Part shown: piece after piece, positions 40,504 through 54,522 of the stretch
Layout: each line of letters begins with the position of its first letter
Position numbering within the stretch: the stretch's first letter is position 1
From: Camelus ferus
Lineage: Eukaryota
Assembly: GCF_009834535.1 (NCBI RefSeq)
Contig: NC_045707.1
Coordinates: 60,514,001 to 60,578,000, forward strand
DNA: 64,000 bases
Direction of reading: 5' to 3'
The notes under the pieces: generated by a model
Databases searched by the model: none
Told to the model about the DNA's origin: nothing
Seen by the model: the letters and a program-made list of their open reading frames with translations, nothing else
Position numbers and translations under genes: made by a program

Positions 40504-41737
40504 AAGAATGCAATAATTCCATTAGAAGCAGCATGGTGTAACAGAAAAAGTTTGTAACTGAGAAGCTATTGAATTGAAGGTCTGCCACTCTCTATCTCAC
40601 CTACAACCCAGGAAGGCAATTAACAACACAGGAAGGCAGGTCTCTCATTTGTAAAAAGAGGATGATGAATAAAATTGGAGTAGAGTTCCATTGAGGTGCC
40701 TCAAGGACCAAAATCAGGGCATCAAAGAGCTTGATGGTTTAATCTCCACTCAATTCACTCTCTTCTTAAACAAAGCACTTTATTTATACTCTTTTTAGAT
40801 ACTGGGGCTTTAGATAATATTTCTTTAATTTTAAAAAATCAGCTGCCTTTTTTAAAAAGCTTAAAAACTACTAGATTAGAAGTCCTCCAAGATCCCTTCT
40901 AAGGATCATACAATGATTTGATTGGAATAAGGATACCACTAGAAAGATCCTTAAGGTACCTAATTGACAGTCAAAGGTTTTTATAGCTCTAGGAGTTATT
41001 GAAGAGAAAGGAGAGAGAGCACCTCCAAAATCTGCTGCTGAAGTAGCAGACTGGAACAAGAGCTGGGATAAGCTCAGCTGCCATAAGCTGCTGCTGAAAG
41101 AAATCAACACGACAAAACTCCAACTTATACAGAAGATACAGGCAAACACTAGCTTGTATGTATTACCAATCAAATACAGATGTTTTATAAGTGCTCTATT
41201 AAGAAAAGGTGCTCCAAGAATCAGTTCTGTGGTAGAGTATATCTGAAAGAATAAATATGCAAGAGTAAATTCAGGAATATTCAGAAAGAAGGGTAAGGGT
41301 AGGGACTTGCCTGTTAGTAATTACAATATATTAGAAAGCAAATTAATAAAAAAAAAAAATAGGAGTATTGTAGTAATAAGCAGAGCAATGGAAGAGAACT
41401 TGAAGAATGAGAATTAGAACCAGGAGGGAAACACTGTTACTTATTGTATAAATAGACAACTGGCTAGCCATTTGGGATTAAAAAAAAAATCATCAGGCTC
41501 CAACATAGAAGGTTGATGTGCTAGACAGAAAGATGCCAATAAATACAGTCAAGGATATAGTTTCTTTAATGGCAGATGTTATTTAAGAAGTTATTTAAAT
41601 TTAATTACCAAAATGCTAATATGTATGGTAAAGAAATCATAAATCCCAAAAGAGGAAATGCATAAATCCCATCTTCAACTGAATGTAAACAAAGGCACTC
41701 AGGCATCTAGTTCAGTAGGCAATAAAGAATCAACCAG

Positions 41738-44055
41738 TTCAACACCCATTTATGAGAAAAACTCATACCAAAGTGGGTATAGAGGGAACATATCTCAACA
41801 TAATAAAAAAGCTGTGTATGACAAACCCACAGCCAGCATAATACTCAACAGTGGAAAACTTAAAGACTTCTCACTAAAACCTGGAAAAGACAAGGATGCT
41901 TACTCTCACCACTTCTATTTAACAGTCTTGGAAGTCCTAGCCATAGCAATTAAGCAAGAAAAAGAAAAAAAAGGGATCCAAATTGGAAGAGAAGAGGTAA
42001 AATTGTCACTATATGTAGATGACATACTACATGAAAACCCTAAAAGCTGCACACAAATACTAAAGCTGATAAAGAATTTAACAATGTAGCAGGATACAAG
42101 ATTAACATACAGAAATTAGTTGCATTTCTTTACACTAACGATGAAATAATCAGAAAAAGAGTAAAGAAACAATTCCTTTTAAAATCACATCCAAAAAAAT
42201 AAAATACTTAGGAATAAATCTGACCAAGGAGGTGAAAAACTTATACATGAAGAACAGAAAACACTGATTAAGGAAATTACAGATGACTTAAAGAAATGGA
42301 AAGATATCCTATGCTCTTGGATTGAAAGAATCAATATTGTTAAAATGGACATACTGTCCAAGGCAATCTACAGATTTAATGCAATTCCTATCAAATTACT
42401 CATGACATTTTTCACAGAACTAGAACAAATAACCCTAAAATTTAGATGGAATCACAAAAGACCCAGAATTGCCAAAGCAATACTGAAGAAGAACAAAGCT
42501 GGAGGAATAACCATCCCAGACTTCAGACAATACTACAGAGCTACAGTAATCAAAACAGCATGGTTTGGCACAAAAACAGACATACAGATCAATGGAACAG
42601 AACAGAAAACCCAGAAATAAACCCACAGACCTACGGTCAATTAATCTTTGACAAAGGAGGCAAAAAATATACAATGGAGAAAAGACAGTCTCTTCAGCAA
42701 GTGGTATTGGGAAACGGGACAGCCACATGTAAATCAATGAAGTCAGAACATTCCCTCACACCACACACAAAAAGTAAACTCAAAATGGCTTAAAGACTGT
42801 AAGACAAGATACTACAAACCTCCTGGAAGAAAACATAGGCAAAACATTCTGACATAAATCTTAGCAATGTTCTCCTAGGGAAGTCTATCCAAGCAATAGA
42901 AACAAAAGCAAAAATAAACAAATGGGACCTAATCAAACTTATAAAGTTTTGCACAGCAAAGGAAACCATAAGCAAAACAAAACAACAACCTACAGAATGG
43001 GAGGAAATATTTGCAAATGATGCAACACAAAGGCTTAATTTCCAAAATATATAACAGCTCATACAACTTAATAACAACAACAAAAAATCCAATCCAAAAA
43101 TGGGCAGAAGACCTAAACAAGCAATTCTCCAATGAAGGCATACAAAATGGCCAACAGGCACATGAAAAAATGCTCAATATCACCAATAATCAGAAAAATG
43201 CAAATCAAAACTACAATGAAGTTTCATGTCATACCAGTCAGAATGGCCATCATTCAAAAGTCCACAAATGATACATGCTGGAGAGGGTGTGGAGAAAAAG
43301 GAACTCTCCTACACTGCTGGTAGGAATGTAGTTTGTAGCAGCCATTATGGAAAACAGTATGGAGAGTCCTCAAAAAGTAAAAATAGACTTAACGTAAGAT
43401 CTAGCAATTCCATTCCTGGGCATATATCCAGAGGGAACCCTTAATTCAAAAAGATACACCCCAGTGTTCAGAGCAGCACTATATACAATAGCCAAAACAT
43501 GGAAGCAACCTAAATGTCCAACAACAGATGACTGGATAAAGAAGCTGTGGTATATTTACACAATAGAATACCACTTAGCCATAAAAAGAATAAAATAATG
43601 CCATTTGTAGCAACATGGATGGACCTAGAGGGTCATTCTAAGTGAACCAGGCCAGGAAGAGGGAAAAAAACAAACAAAAAAAACCCATGATATCACTTAT
43701 ATGTGGAATCTAAAAAAAGCAAAATGAGGACACCAATGAACTCATCCACAAAACAGAAACAGACTCGCAGATACAGTGAACAATCTTATGGTTACTGGGG
43801 GAAACGGCGTGGGAAGGGATAAATTTGCGAGTTTGCTATATATAAAAACAGACGAAAACAAATTTCTTCTGTATAGCTCAAGAAACTATATTCAATACCT
43901 TGTAATAACCTTTAATGAAAAAGAATATGAAAATGAATATATGTATATATATGCATGACTGGGACATTATGCTGTACACCAGAGATTGATACATCATAAC
44001 TGATTATACTTCAATTAAGAAAAATAAATAAATAATTAAATTAAATTAAAAATAA
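41738..44055 (+). mobile_element. 5'-truncated L1, 2.3 kb (ORF2 RT to 3' UTR), frameshifted
   Basis: [43 protein letters not shown]; perfect 14-bp TSD aaagaatcaaccag (41724-41737 / 44056-44069). Confidence 0.93.
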
Positions 44056-44754
44056 AAAGAATCAACCAGGGAGTTCTGAGCAAGCAAGAAAACAAGATTA
44101 GGTATGTAATTTTAAAAGATCATTTAATGATTTTTTCCTCTTCCATAATATATTCTTCTTCCTTCCTGTCCCATTTATTAAAAGGCATTTCTAACTATCA
44201 AAATGTCCAAGCTAAAAATTCATTCAACTTTGACTTAATCTCCCAAAACTTCAGCTGTAAGTAGTTATCAAGTCTTACTACTTCTTTTCTTAAAACAAAT
44301 CCTTAACAGTCCTTTTCTGTTTTGCCTCTACAATATCTTCTCAAATGATCTGTCCACATTGTTGTTCCAATCACTCTCCTGCTTAAAATCCTTACGATCA
44401 TGTGTATAGAATAAATCGAGAACATTTCAGGAATCATACAAAATCACTCAATCTGCCCCAACTTACTTTTTCCAGCTTTAATATTCACCATTCCCTTCTA
44501 TGCTTTCCACATACTTCTGTGTACCAGCCATTCCAAGAAGTCATGTACTTTAAAAACCTCAGTATCATTTTGTTCATGTTAGCTATTCTACTCAGAAGGC
44601 ACATCCCACTTTAGGTTTGGCAAACTTTTGCAAATCCTTTGATTCACAATTCAAATGTCACCACAGCCCTCCTTGTTTCCCTCAAGTAGAGTTAACTGCC
44701 CTGTTAACTATGTTCTCACTACTATGCAAATGATTATAGTCCTGTGTGATGGTA

Positions 44755-45260
44755 TATGTGTTAGTTTCCTACTGATCCTGAATGGATTACCACAAACTCT
44801 GTGGCTTAAAACAACACAAATTTATTATCTTATAGTTCTAGAGGTCAGAAGATTAAAATCAAGTATCAATATTGCAAGGAGTCAGCAGGGCAATGCTTCC
44901 TCAGGAGGCTCTAGGGGAGAAGTCATTCTTTGCCTCTTCTAGCTCTGGTGGCTTCTGGCATTCCTTGGCTTGTGGTGACATCACTCCAATATTTGAGGCC
45001 AGCATCCTTAAATCTCTCTAGTCTGCTTCATGTAGGTTTCTTCTGTGTGTGTGTTCAAATCTCCTTCTGCCTCCCTCTTAAAAGGATCCATGTAATTGCA
45101 ATTAGGGGCCACCTGGATATCCATGATAATGCCCCCCATCTCAAGACCTTTAATTTAAATCATCTTTGCAAATCATCTTTTTCCCTTATAAGGGAACACT
45201 TACAGAACAAGTTTCAGGGTTTGAGATTTGATATATTTGGGAAGCCATTATACTGCTTAG
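44755..45260 (-). mobile_element. MaLR solo LTR (MLT1C-like)
   Basis: ttaccacaaact..gtggcttaaaacaacacaaatttattatctta.agttct..aggtcagaag; ggaggctctaggggagaa. Confidence 0.8.
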
Positions 45261-45429
45261 AGAGAATGGGAATAAAGGTGGAAAAGAGAGAAGTTAAAGA
45301 GGCAAAGTTAATATTACGCAGACTAGGTGCCGTTTGTAGTTTTCTCTTGGTTATAAATTTCCTCAATCATTGACAGATTCAACTGCTGGCTCTCTCGCAT
45401 GGGGCATTTTGAGAATTTTGGAACACTCT

Positions 45430-45829
45430 CTCCTTGAACAAACTGCAATCAAACTCTTCTGAACATTCTTCTCAACTAGTCTTTGACATTGGCACCCATC
45501 CTTACTGGGACTGTACAGTCCAGCTTTAGCAAGAATCCTGCTAAGTTTAGTTTCCTATCCTTGAAATATAGTCATCCTGGCCTCTTTTCAGCAAGAATCC
45601 TGTTGAGTTGGTTTAACAAGAACCCCCTACTCTTGATGTCTCCTCTTAGTATCTTCGTCCACTGACCCCCTCAATCTGCCTGTTGGCTATAAATCTCCAA
45701 TTGTCCTTGCTGTATGCAGAACTGAGCCCAGTTCTATCCTGAGGGCTTCTAACCTTTTCTTGTAATAGTTTCTAAATGGAATCCATTTTTACCATTTAAA
45801 CTACTATCTAGCTCTGGTTTTCCTTGACA
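45430..45829 (+). mobile_element. ERV1-type solo LTR (MER31-like)
   Basis: Repeated agcaagaatcctg motif, ttggctataaat TATA-like box, gagcccagtt, ends ttgaca. Confidence 0.6.
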
Positions 45830-47479
45830 GAACCTCCCTTTGTAACAGTCTCTGGTGCAGAAGAGACATTCTTCAGCTCACCTCTAAAAACTCCTCAGCT
45901 CCTCTGCCAGTGGTATAACCTTGAAGTTGCTTCTACCCAGCAGGCAATTCTCTTTGGTAAGTTTCTTTCAAGATGGCTCTCTCCTCCTAGCCTAGCCTCT
46001 AAAATGTCTGGTTGGTCCAAAGGAAATATCTTTAACTCAGTATCACTGGACACACAGAAGAAGCTCTCTCTTCTGGCTCCACCACTGTAAGGCTGTTTTA
46101 CATATCTCTTACCTTTACGCTTCCCCAGTAAAGCAGCAGCAGCAGCCCCCAGTCTCTGGACCTTCAATAACTCCAGGGGACTCAAACAACACTTTTCCAA
46201 GAATTCTCTAACATTCCACTCAGACGTCATCACAGGAAGACCTAACTATTTTCTGCAACCCAGAGGACATCCAGCCAGAGAAATATTTTCCCTCCTGAAA
46301 AGTTCTCCAGTCTTTCAGAGGAGTTGTTTGCAATCCACATGGAAGACAATGAACACTCCAGCACTCCCTCTTGGGTTGATACCTCTTCAAAGAATCCCTT
46401 GCTCCCTCTAAAGTCTCTCTTTATTTTGTATAGACTGGAGGTAACAGAGTTCCAGTACAGATCACAGCCGTTTCCCGGCAAGTTCAGCACCTCCGTTTAT
46501 ACTGCAGGGCTCCTTTGGCAGCTACTGTCCTCAGCTTTGAGCTCCAGGAAAAATGCTTAGATGACAAGAAAAATCCCACTTAATACTATACAAATTACTA
46601 TACAAAAATATACCTAAGTACTTAGTATTTTTCATCTAACATCATGTTTTTCAGATTTACCTGTGCTGAAACACAAAGTTCTAGTTTAGTTAATGCAATT
46701 ATTATATAGTATTCCATTACGTGAAAAAACCACATACATTCTTCTATTAAGTGACTTTTTTACTACTATAAACCATAGTGCTATGAACAATTTCATATAG
46801 GTCTCACTTGTAAAAGTTTCTCTGGGGTAAGTACCTAGTAATGGAACTTCTAGATAAAGAGAATTTGAGTATCTTCTGCTTTACGGTCATTAAAATAACT
46901 TTCCAAGGCGGCAGTACCAACTTACACTCTCACTAGCAAAGTATGAGTTTTCCTTTCATTATACTTAGATGTACTAGGTTTCTTAATTTTGGAGGAATCT
47001 GATGAGTACTAAATCTTATCTTGTTTTGATCTGCATTTCCCTGAAGCAATGCGAAAAAAGTTCATCTAGGAAAGATTAACTATAGCAATGCTGCTGAAAA
47101 GTTAACAAGGATGAGGACCACAAGCTCTCCAACCACTGTATTTAGCAATACAGATTTCATGTTACTTTGACAAGGTGGGCGCACATGCTAGACCGGAACT
47201 GATTAAAGAAAAGATGGAAGGCAAGGAACTGGGAACAGCAAATACAGGCACACCTTTTGAGGAGTTTTGCTACAAAAAAGAGCAAAGAAATAGGGCATTA
47301 GAAGAGAAACGGGATCAAAGGGAAACATGGTTTGGGTTCTGGGATTTTTTTTCGGATGGGAGAAATGCTTGCTAGTAGAAATTATCTGGTAGAGCCAAAA
47401 ACTGAAGAGGTAGAAATGGAAGTATGAGTAGAGAACTTCTGAAGAGATGCCTCAAGTGGGCATGAGAATACAGAAATTA

Positions 47480-49690
47480 GCATAACCAAATATATATAGT
47501 ACTTTTATGCTAAAAACCACAAAACACTGATAAAAGAAATCAAAGAAGATCTAAATAGACAGACATATCATATTCACAGATTGGAAGACTCAAAACGGTT
47601 AAGATATCAATTTTTACTGACACACAGGTTTAACACAATTCCTATAAAAATTCCAGCAAGACTTTTTGGATATATAGACAAGGGTATTCTAAAATTTATA
47701 TGAGAAGGCAACTAAAATACTTAAAATAACTTTGGAAAAGATGAATAAAGTAGAAAGAAGTAGTTTACTCAATTTCAAGACCTATTATATAGCTCCAACA
47801 ATCAAGACCACGTAGTATTGGCTGAGGGATAGACACATAGATCAATGAAACAGAATACAGAACCCAGAAATAAAAAGATACAAATATGCTCAAATTATTT
47901 TTGATAATAATGTAAAAGTAATTCAACAGAGGAAAGATGAGCTTTTCAACAAATGGTACTGGGGCAGGTGGACATTTACAGGGAAAAAAGATGAAGCTCA
48001 ACTTAATTCTCACAAAAAGAGAAATTGATCCTGAACATAAATGTTACATCTAAAACCATAAACTATTAAAAAAAAAAAAAAAGGCAAAAATCTCTGGGAT
48101 CTACAGCTAAGCAAAGAGATCTTAGACTTGACATTAAAAGTACAATCTATAAAGAGAAAACATTTATAAACTGGATTTCATCAAAATTTACTTATGCTCT
48201 GAGAAAGACCCTGTTATGAGGATGAACGGACAAGCAATAGACTGGGAAAAAAATATTTGCAAACAGCAGCAAAAGACTAGTGTCTAGGATATTTAAAAAC
48301 AACAACAACCTCTCAAAACTCACCAGTAAAATAAACAATCAAATTTTTTTAAATTGGCAAAAGGCACTGTTACAGGGTGAATTGTGTCCCCCAAAATCCA
48401 TCTGTTGAAGCACTAAACTCTTATTCCTCAGAATGTGACTGAATTTGGAGCTAGGCCCTTTAAAGAGAGGATCAAGTTAAAATTAGGGTAGGCCCTAATC
48501 CAGCCTGACTGATATCCTTATAAGAAGAGAAAATCTGGATACACAGGCAACAGAGACGCATGTGCACAGAGGAAAAACCATGTTGAGGACACAGCAAGAA
48601 GGCTGCCATCTGTTAAGCAAAGAATGAGACCTCAGAAGAAACTAAATCTGCAAATACCTTAACCTTGGATTCCTAGGCTCCAGAATTGTGAAAAAATAAA
48701 TTTCCATTATTTAAGCCACTCCCTATGTGGTACTTTGTTATGGTAGCCCTAGCAAACTAATACAGACATGAAGAGACATTTCACCTAGGAGGATATATAG
48801 ATGGCAAATAAGCACATGAAAACACTGTCAGGATCATTAGCCATTAGGGAAATGCAAATTATTCCACAATAACTTACCATCACAAACCTACTAAAATGGG
48901 CTAAAACTAGAAAGTGCCAACACCAAATGCTAGTAAGGATGCAGAGAGAACAGACTGCTCATGTATTGCTGGTTGGAATGTAAAATGTACAGCCACTCTA
49001 GAAAACAGCTTGAAAGTTTCTTAAAAACATTAACATACAACTGTCATATGACCCAGTAATTGCACTCCTGGGCATTGATCCTAGAGAAATGAAAATTTAT
49101 ATTTACACAAAGACCTGTACACAAGTAGTTAAAGCAGCTTTATTTATAATAAGCAAAAAATGGAAGCAACACAGACGTCATCAATGAGTAAATAGTTAAG
49201 CATACTGTGGTACACCCACATACTACTCAGTCATAGAAAGGAATGAATCACTGATACATGCTAAAACCTGGATAAATCTCCAGAGTATTGTTCTGAATGA
49301 AAGAGCCATCCTTACGGTTACATACTACATGATTCCACTTAAATAGCATTCTTAAAATTTCAAAATTATAGAAATGGAGGATAGATTGGTATGGGTATAC
49401 AAAGGCAATACAAAAGATCTTTGTGGTGATAGAAATATTTCATATCTTCACTGATTCAATATTAATCTCCTGGTTGTAGTATTATATCCTAATTCTGCCA
49501 GGTGTTGCCATTGGGGCAAATTGGGTAAAGGGTACATAGGATCTCTCTGCATTTTATTCTTACAACTAGATGTGAATCTACAATTATCTCCAAATAAAAA
49601 GTTAAAGAAAAATCATCAACTTAAACATTTTAAATGTGTGCAATTTATAAATAAAACATGTCTCAATAAAAAGTTATACAGTAAAAAATA
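47480..49690 (+). mobile_element. Old L1 (ORF2 3' part + 3' UTR, L1MB/MC-like), interrupted by an LTR
   Basis: aaaacactgataaaagaaatcaaagaagatctaaa, gatggcaaataagcacatgaaaa, tatgacccagtaattgcactcctggg. Confidence 0.82.
48368..48764 (+). mobile_element. MaLR solo LTR (MLT1A/B-like) nested in L1
   Basis: tgttacagggtgaattgtgtcccccaaaat ... gccctagcaaactaataca; TG...CA ends. Confidence 0.88.
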
Positions 49691-49730
49691 TTTTTAAAAG
49701 TCAAGCAAATTTTTAAAAAACTACTCAGAC

Positions 49731-50578
49731 CAGTACTGTCGCACTGAACTTTCTGCAATTACTGATATATTCTATGTTTCTGTGCTCTCCAAAATGGTAG
49801 CCACTAGCCACACATGGCTAACATACACCTGAAATGTGAGTAATGTGACTGAAAAGCTCAATTTTTTTATTTTATCTATTTTAAATTGTTAAATTTAAAC
49901 AGCTATTTTTTTGTACGCAGCCTGTGATAACCTCAAAAAATGGTTCGCTATTCACTTGACCCAGAAAACCCCACAAAATCATACAAATCAAGAGGTTCAA
50001 ATCTTCACTTTAACTTTAAGAACACTTGTGAAACTGCCCAGGCCATTGAGGGTATGCATATCCGAAAATTCACCAAGTATCTGAAGGATGTCATTTTACA
50101 GAGCAATGCATACCATGTCACCGTTACAATGGTGGAGCTGGTAGGTGTGCCCAGGTAAAACAGGGGGGCTGAATGCAAGGTCCATGGCCCAAAAAAAGAG
50201 CTCAATTTTTATGGCACATGATCAAAAATGCAGAGAGTAATGCTGAACTTAAGGGCTTAGAAGCAGATTCTCTGGTCACTGAGTACACCCAAGTGAACAC
50301 AGCCCCCAAGATGTGGAACCAGACTTACAGAGCTCACAGTCAGATCAACCCTTACACGAGCTCTCCCTGCCACACTGAGATGATCCTCACTGAAAAAGAG
50401 CAGATTGTTCCTAAACCACAAGAGGAGGTTGCACAGAAGAAAAAGATATCTCAACAGAAACAAAAACTTATGGCCTGGGAATAAATTCAGCAAAAGATAA
50501 ACACAAATAAAATAATAAATAAATAAATTTTTAAAAATTTAATAGCCCATCATTGGTGGCTACCATAATGGACAAGTC
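49731..50578 (+). mobile_element. MER3-like hAT-Charlie DNA transposon split by the RPL17 retrocopy
   Basis: The 5' part (cagtactgtc...gtagccactagccacacatggcta...aaatttaaacagc) resumes after the pseudogene as atagccc..ggtggctaccataatggaca. Matches my recall of the MER3 consensus. Confidence 0.8.
49904..50534 (+). pseudogene. RPL17: RPL17 processed pseudogene, antisense in ZDHHC17 intron 1
   Basis: Intronless [14 protein letters not shown]...[11 protein letters not shown]...[15 protein letters not shown] 49940, stop 50484. Two frameshifts (~50101, ~50165), AATAAA at 50506 plus A-rich tail; TSD aaatttaaacagc (49891-49903) / aaatttaatagc (50535-50546). Confidence 0.95.
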
Positions 50579-51429
50579 TAGACATTACAAAGAATTGGAA
50601 AGATCATTATATGATAAGATGAAACTATATCCAAAGTGTACTCAGAAAAAATGTAAATTTTATACCATATGATACCACTTATGTAACAAAAATAAGGAAA
50701 TAAATGTAAATAAAAACATATATATAATATACAGTTACATATGCTTTCATCTTCTACTATATACCCTTCTGCATAAATTTTAAATTTTTGACAATAATCA
50801 TGTGTCGCTTTTTTTTTTAAAGCCAAAACCCCATGCTGAAACTTAACTTTTTGATACCTTGAAAATTATACACTGTTCAACAATACAAAAAAACCTGGCT
50901 GTTAGGATAATATTTCAGAAAGTTAAAGTTTTTGTTTGGTCGGCTAGATTGCAGTTTGGCAATTTTTTTTCCCAAGTGTGGCCTTTTTTATGGACTTCAT
51001 CCAATTACCCACAGAAAAAAAGGAGACAAATAAGGGAAAAACAAGTATAAATAATGGGAACTTATGAAATCAAGTTAATTAGCTTCTCACATAAACAGCT
51101 GGAAGACCCTGGATATTTATATTCAGTGTTTAGTCAGAAAGCAAAATTTCTTTAGAAAATAATGTCTACAGTTTATTCATGATTAAAGTTACAGAATTAT
51201 TAATGAAGATTAATGAGTATTTATAATTACAGTAAAGGGAGATAAAATCTCCAAGGTAGAAACAGGTTTAACAATGGTGTACATTCTCTCTCATAATCTT
51301 AAACTGCAGAAAGAATGGAAAGAATATAAAACAAATAATAGTTAACTCTAACTATGTTCCAAGTGCTATTCTAAACTTTATTTAGAGGCAGGAGTCCATA
51401 GAATCAAACATGCCATTGACTATAAGATG

Positions 51430-51915
51430 CACATGGTACTACCGTATTTACTACTGAAAAAAATTTGTGTACAAGTGGATTTGCACAGTTCAAACCCATG
51501 TTGTTCCAGGGACAACTGTACGTGACATTATTGTAAAGGAAGAACTATGGAGATAATAAAAAGATCAGTGGTTGCCAGATTTACCAGGGAGGGAGAGATG
51601 AATGGGCAGAACACAGAAGATTTTTAGGGTAGTGAAACTATTCTGTATGATACTGTAATAGTGGATACATGTCTATACATTTGTCAAAACTCTTATTAAA
51701 AACCAAAAGTGGATCCTAAGGTAAAGTACAGACTCTAATAATGATGTGTTGATGTAGGTTCATAGACTATAACAAATGTGCCACCTCCAGTGCAGGCTGT
51801 TCACAGTGGGGAGGGAGACTGGAGGTGGGGGGCCAGCAGGTATATATATGGGAATTCTCTGTACTTTCTGCTCAGTTTTGCTGTGAACCTAAAAATACTC
51901 TAAAAATTGAAGTCT
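51430..51915 (+). mobile_element. Tigger2-like end (to ~51519) followed by an L1MC-like 3' UTR
   Basis: cagttcaaacccatgttgttccagggacaactgta; aaaaagatcagtggttgccag...ttgctgtgaacctaaaa. Confidence 0.7.
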
Positions 51916-52670
51916 TTTTAAAATATTTTTGCAAGTAAATGTGGACATTTGCCATCAGAGCCAGGCAGAGTCTGTCCAATAATACTCCATCAACTCCATG
52001 CCATCACTATTACATTGTGCTGCACTATACAAAAGGGGCAAATGGATCCAAGCAGTTTGAACTTGTATTCAAATTCAGTTCTGCCACTTATCAGCAAGTT
52101 ACTTACCCTCTCTATGCCTCGATCCCCTCATGTGTAGAGGTATAAGAAAAGTGTGAAAAGTAAATGAGTGAATATATATGGAAAACTGTTTAGGACAGTG
52201 GCTAGCTCATAGTTATAATTTGATAACTGTTAGCAATTATCATTGTGATTATCTACCAGATTGAGGAGATAATATGAAAAACATAGTACAATGCCTCATA
52301 CCTTAAATGTCAAATTAGTTTCCTTCCTCCTCCTGTAATAAAACCTCTCCCACATGTCAAGCACATATCAGAGAGAGGGGGACAAGGGATGGAACTGTTT
52401 GTCATAATCCCCTCTGGAGCTTTTTCAAAATATATATACCACAAACCCACATAATAAATTGGAAACTTTGAGAGGTGTCTATGGAAGCATGTGTATTCTA
52501 GTAAAGTTCTCCACAAGGTTCTAATACACACACACATTTGTACTCCACCCAACCCACACAAATCAAGTTCTGATGAAGTTACTGCACACCAGTGATTAAT
52601 GAGGTTCAATGCACTGAAATATCATATATTTTCACATAAATTTCTTGGAGCTCCTATGTATTGCCTTGAT

Positions 52671-52891
52671 CAGGGGCTGGCAAATATAGCTCACAGGTCA
52701 ACTCTGGCCCACCACCTGGTTTTATATATAAAGTTTTATTGAAACACAACATACCCATCCATTTCCATACTGTCTGTGGCTACTTTCATACAACCACCAC
52801 AGAACTGAGTAGTTGCTACAGAGACTATATAGCCCACAAACTTGAAAATATTTACTAGCTGGTCTTTACAGAGAGAGTTTCCCAACCCTTG
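52671..52891 (+). mobile_element. MER58A-like hAT-Charlie MITE
   Basis: caggggctggcaaa...taaagttttattgaaacac...ctgagtagttgc.acagagac...tttcccaacccttg. Confidence 0.82.
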
Positions 52892-54467
52892 GTCTAGATT
52901 ATTCATACAGAATGCTATTCAGTAGCTCAAGTAGAATATTTAGTGTTAACAATGAGCTCAATATAATTACAGCATCTCTTAAAGTACATAAAAAACTAGA
53001 AGACTGGAAAAAAGCAAATAAGCAGTTCTTCACATTAGGAGTTCAGAGGACAGAAATAGTTTTGCCTGCTAGCATTCCTTCCTTAAGGAAACTTCCTCCT
53101 CCAACTCCAACCAAGAGACCTTGGCCAATTATAGGCCCTCTCCCGCAGTCATAGGAGTGGGCACATAACCTACATCAGGACAACCCGAAGTCACTTTCCA
53201 ATGCGGAATAAGGAAAGACATGCAGTCCCTCTCTAAGGGTTTGTTGAGATCTGAGATATCAGTACTGGCATCCACGCCCCCACCACACAGAAGAAAGAGG
53301 CTCTACACTAGGGCAAAATAAAGCTGAAAGGCAGAGATGAGGAGAGAGGATTGTCTTGGTGACATTCTCACCTCAGGTTCCAGTTATCTTGGAGTCCAAC
53401 CAATTGTACCCTGGCCATCCTGAGTCTGGGTTATGTGAGCCAGTGAACTCCCACTTTTGCCCAAGAAGATTTTTAAAAGGTCATGATATCTACAATCCAA
53501 GGATTCTCACTAACACAAGCAACTTCTTCAGCTCACAGAGAGTTTGTTTGTTTTGTTTGTTTGTTTGTTTGAATGAGAAAGGGGGTAGTTGGTCACCAGT
53601 TTTGTTCACCCTTCATTAAAACCTTCATAAATTAACAAATGTTCATAATCAGAAATTTATTTTTAAAAACTGAAAAAGGGCACAGTAACATCGCAATTAG
53701 TAATTATTTTTCACTTTGTTCCTAGTATAAAAGAATTGATTGAAAAAACACAAGCTATTTGACAAAAAAAAAAAAAATTCAGGTACATTTAGCCCTATCA
53801 TCTCCATCTCCTCAACAACAATTACTGATAATCGGAAAGATGAGCCTAAGATACTATAACCCTCTGATTTATCAAAGAAAGATTCTATCATATCTAGTAT
53901 TATTAACCCTAGAAAGTGGAGTAATTCATTTGGCAAGTTTTCAACAGCAACTGAAACAAAACCCAAAAATGTTCTGTTACCCTTCTATGATTCATGAAAT
54001 TAAGTTCTTTATAGTATCTCAACTACAGAAAGCTCAAGTTTCACTTTACTTTCAAATCAGCTGCCAGTAGCTCTATCCTAAGGAGAATTTTACAGAAGCT
54101 ATCATCCTACAAATGTATAATTAATACATTGGGTGAGACTTTTACTTGAATATTTTATAAATATAATACTGCCATGAATCAGTTTTTTTAAACTGCAAAG
54201 TTTAAACTATTTGATATTTTATTCTTGAATTACCTAATAGAATCTGATCATAAAATAGTATTAGAATTAGACAATGCCTTGAAAGAGAATTTCATATAAC
54301 CCTGATTTTGAAATAACACCTTTTGGATTATGTGGTTGTTGGGAGTTCTATTAAAAACACACTACATCAAGAAACTTTAACTGACTAACCAACCCTAACT
54401 ACCCTAACATACCCTTAGGATATTCTCTAGAGGAAAGGAGGTACACAATGCATTTTTCATTTTTAAC

Positions 54468-54468
<1 letters not shown>

Positions 54469-54514
<46 letters not shown>

Positions 54515-54522
54515 TCACTCAC
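54469..54522. repeat. (AC)21 microsatellite followed by (TCAC)n
   Basis: Read directly from the sequence. Confidence 0.95.

Noticed and set aside
41658..43444. RT-like ORFs as an active retroelement or domesticated gene
   Set aside because: 5'-truncated L1 ORF2 broken by multiple frameshifts and stops; the same holds for 1827-3404.
44655..45373. 95-aa and 147-aa ORFs
   Set aside because: They lie largely within an MLT1 LTR; no protein family signal.
49940..50484. Functional RPL17 gene
   Set aside because: Two frameshifts, a C-terminal deletion, no introns, polyA remnant and TSD.
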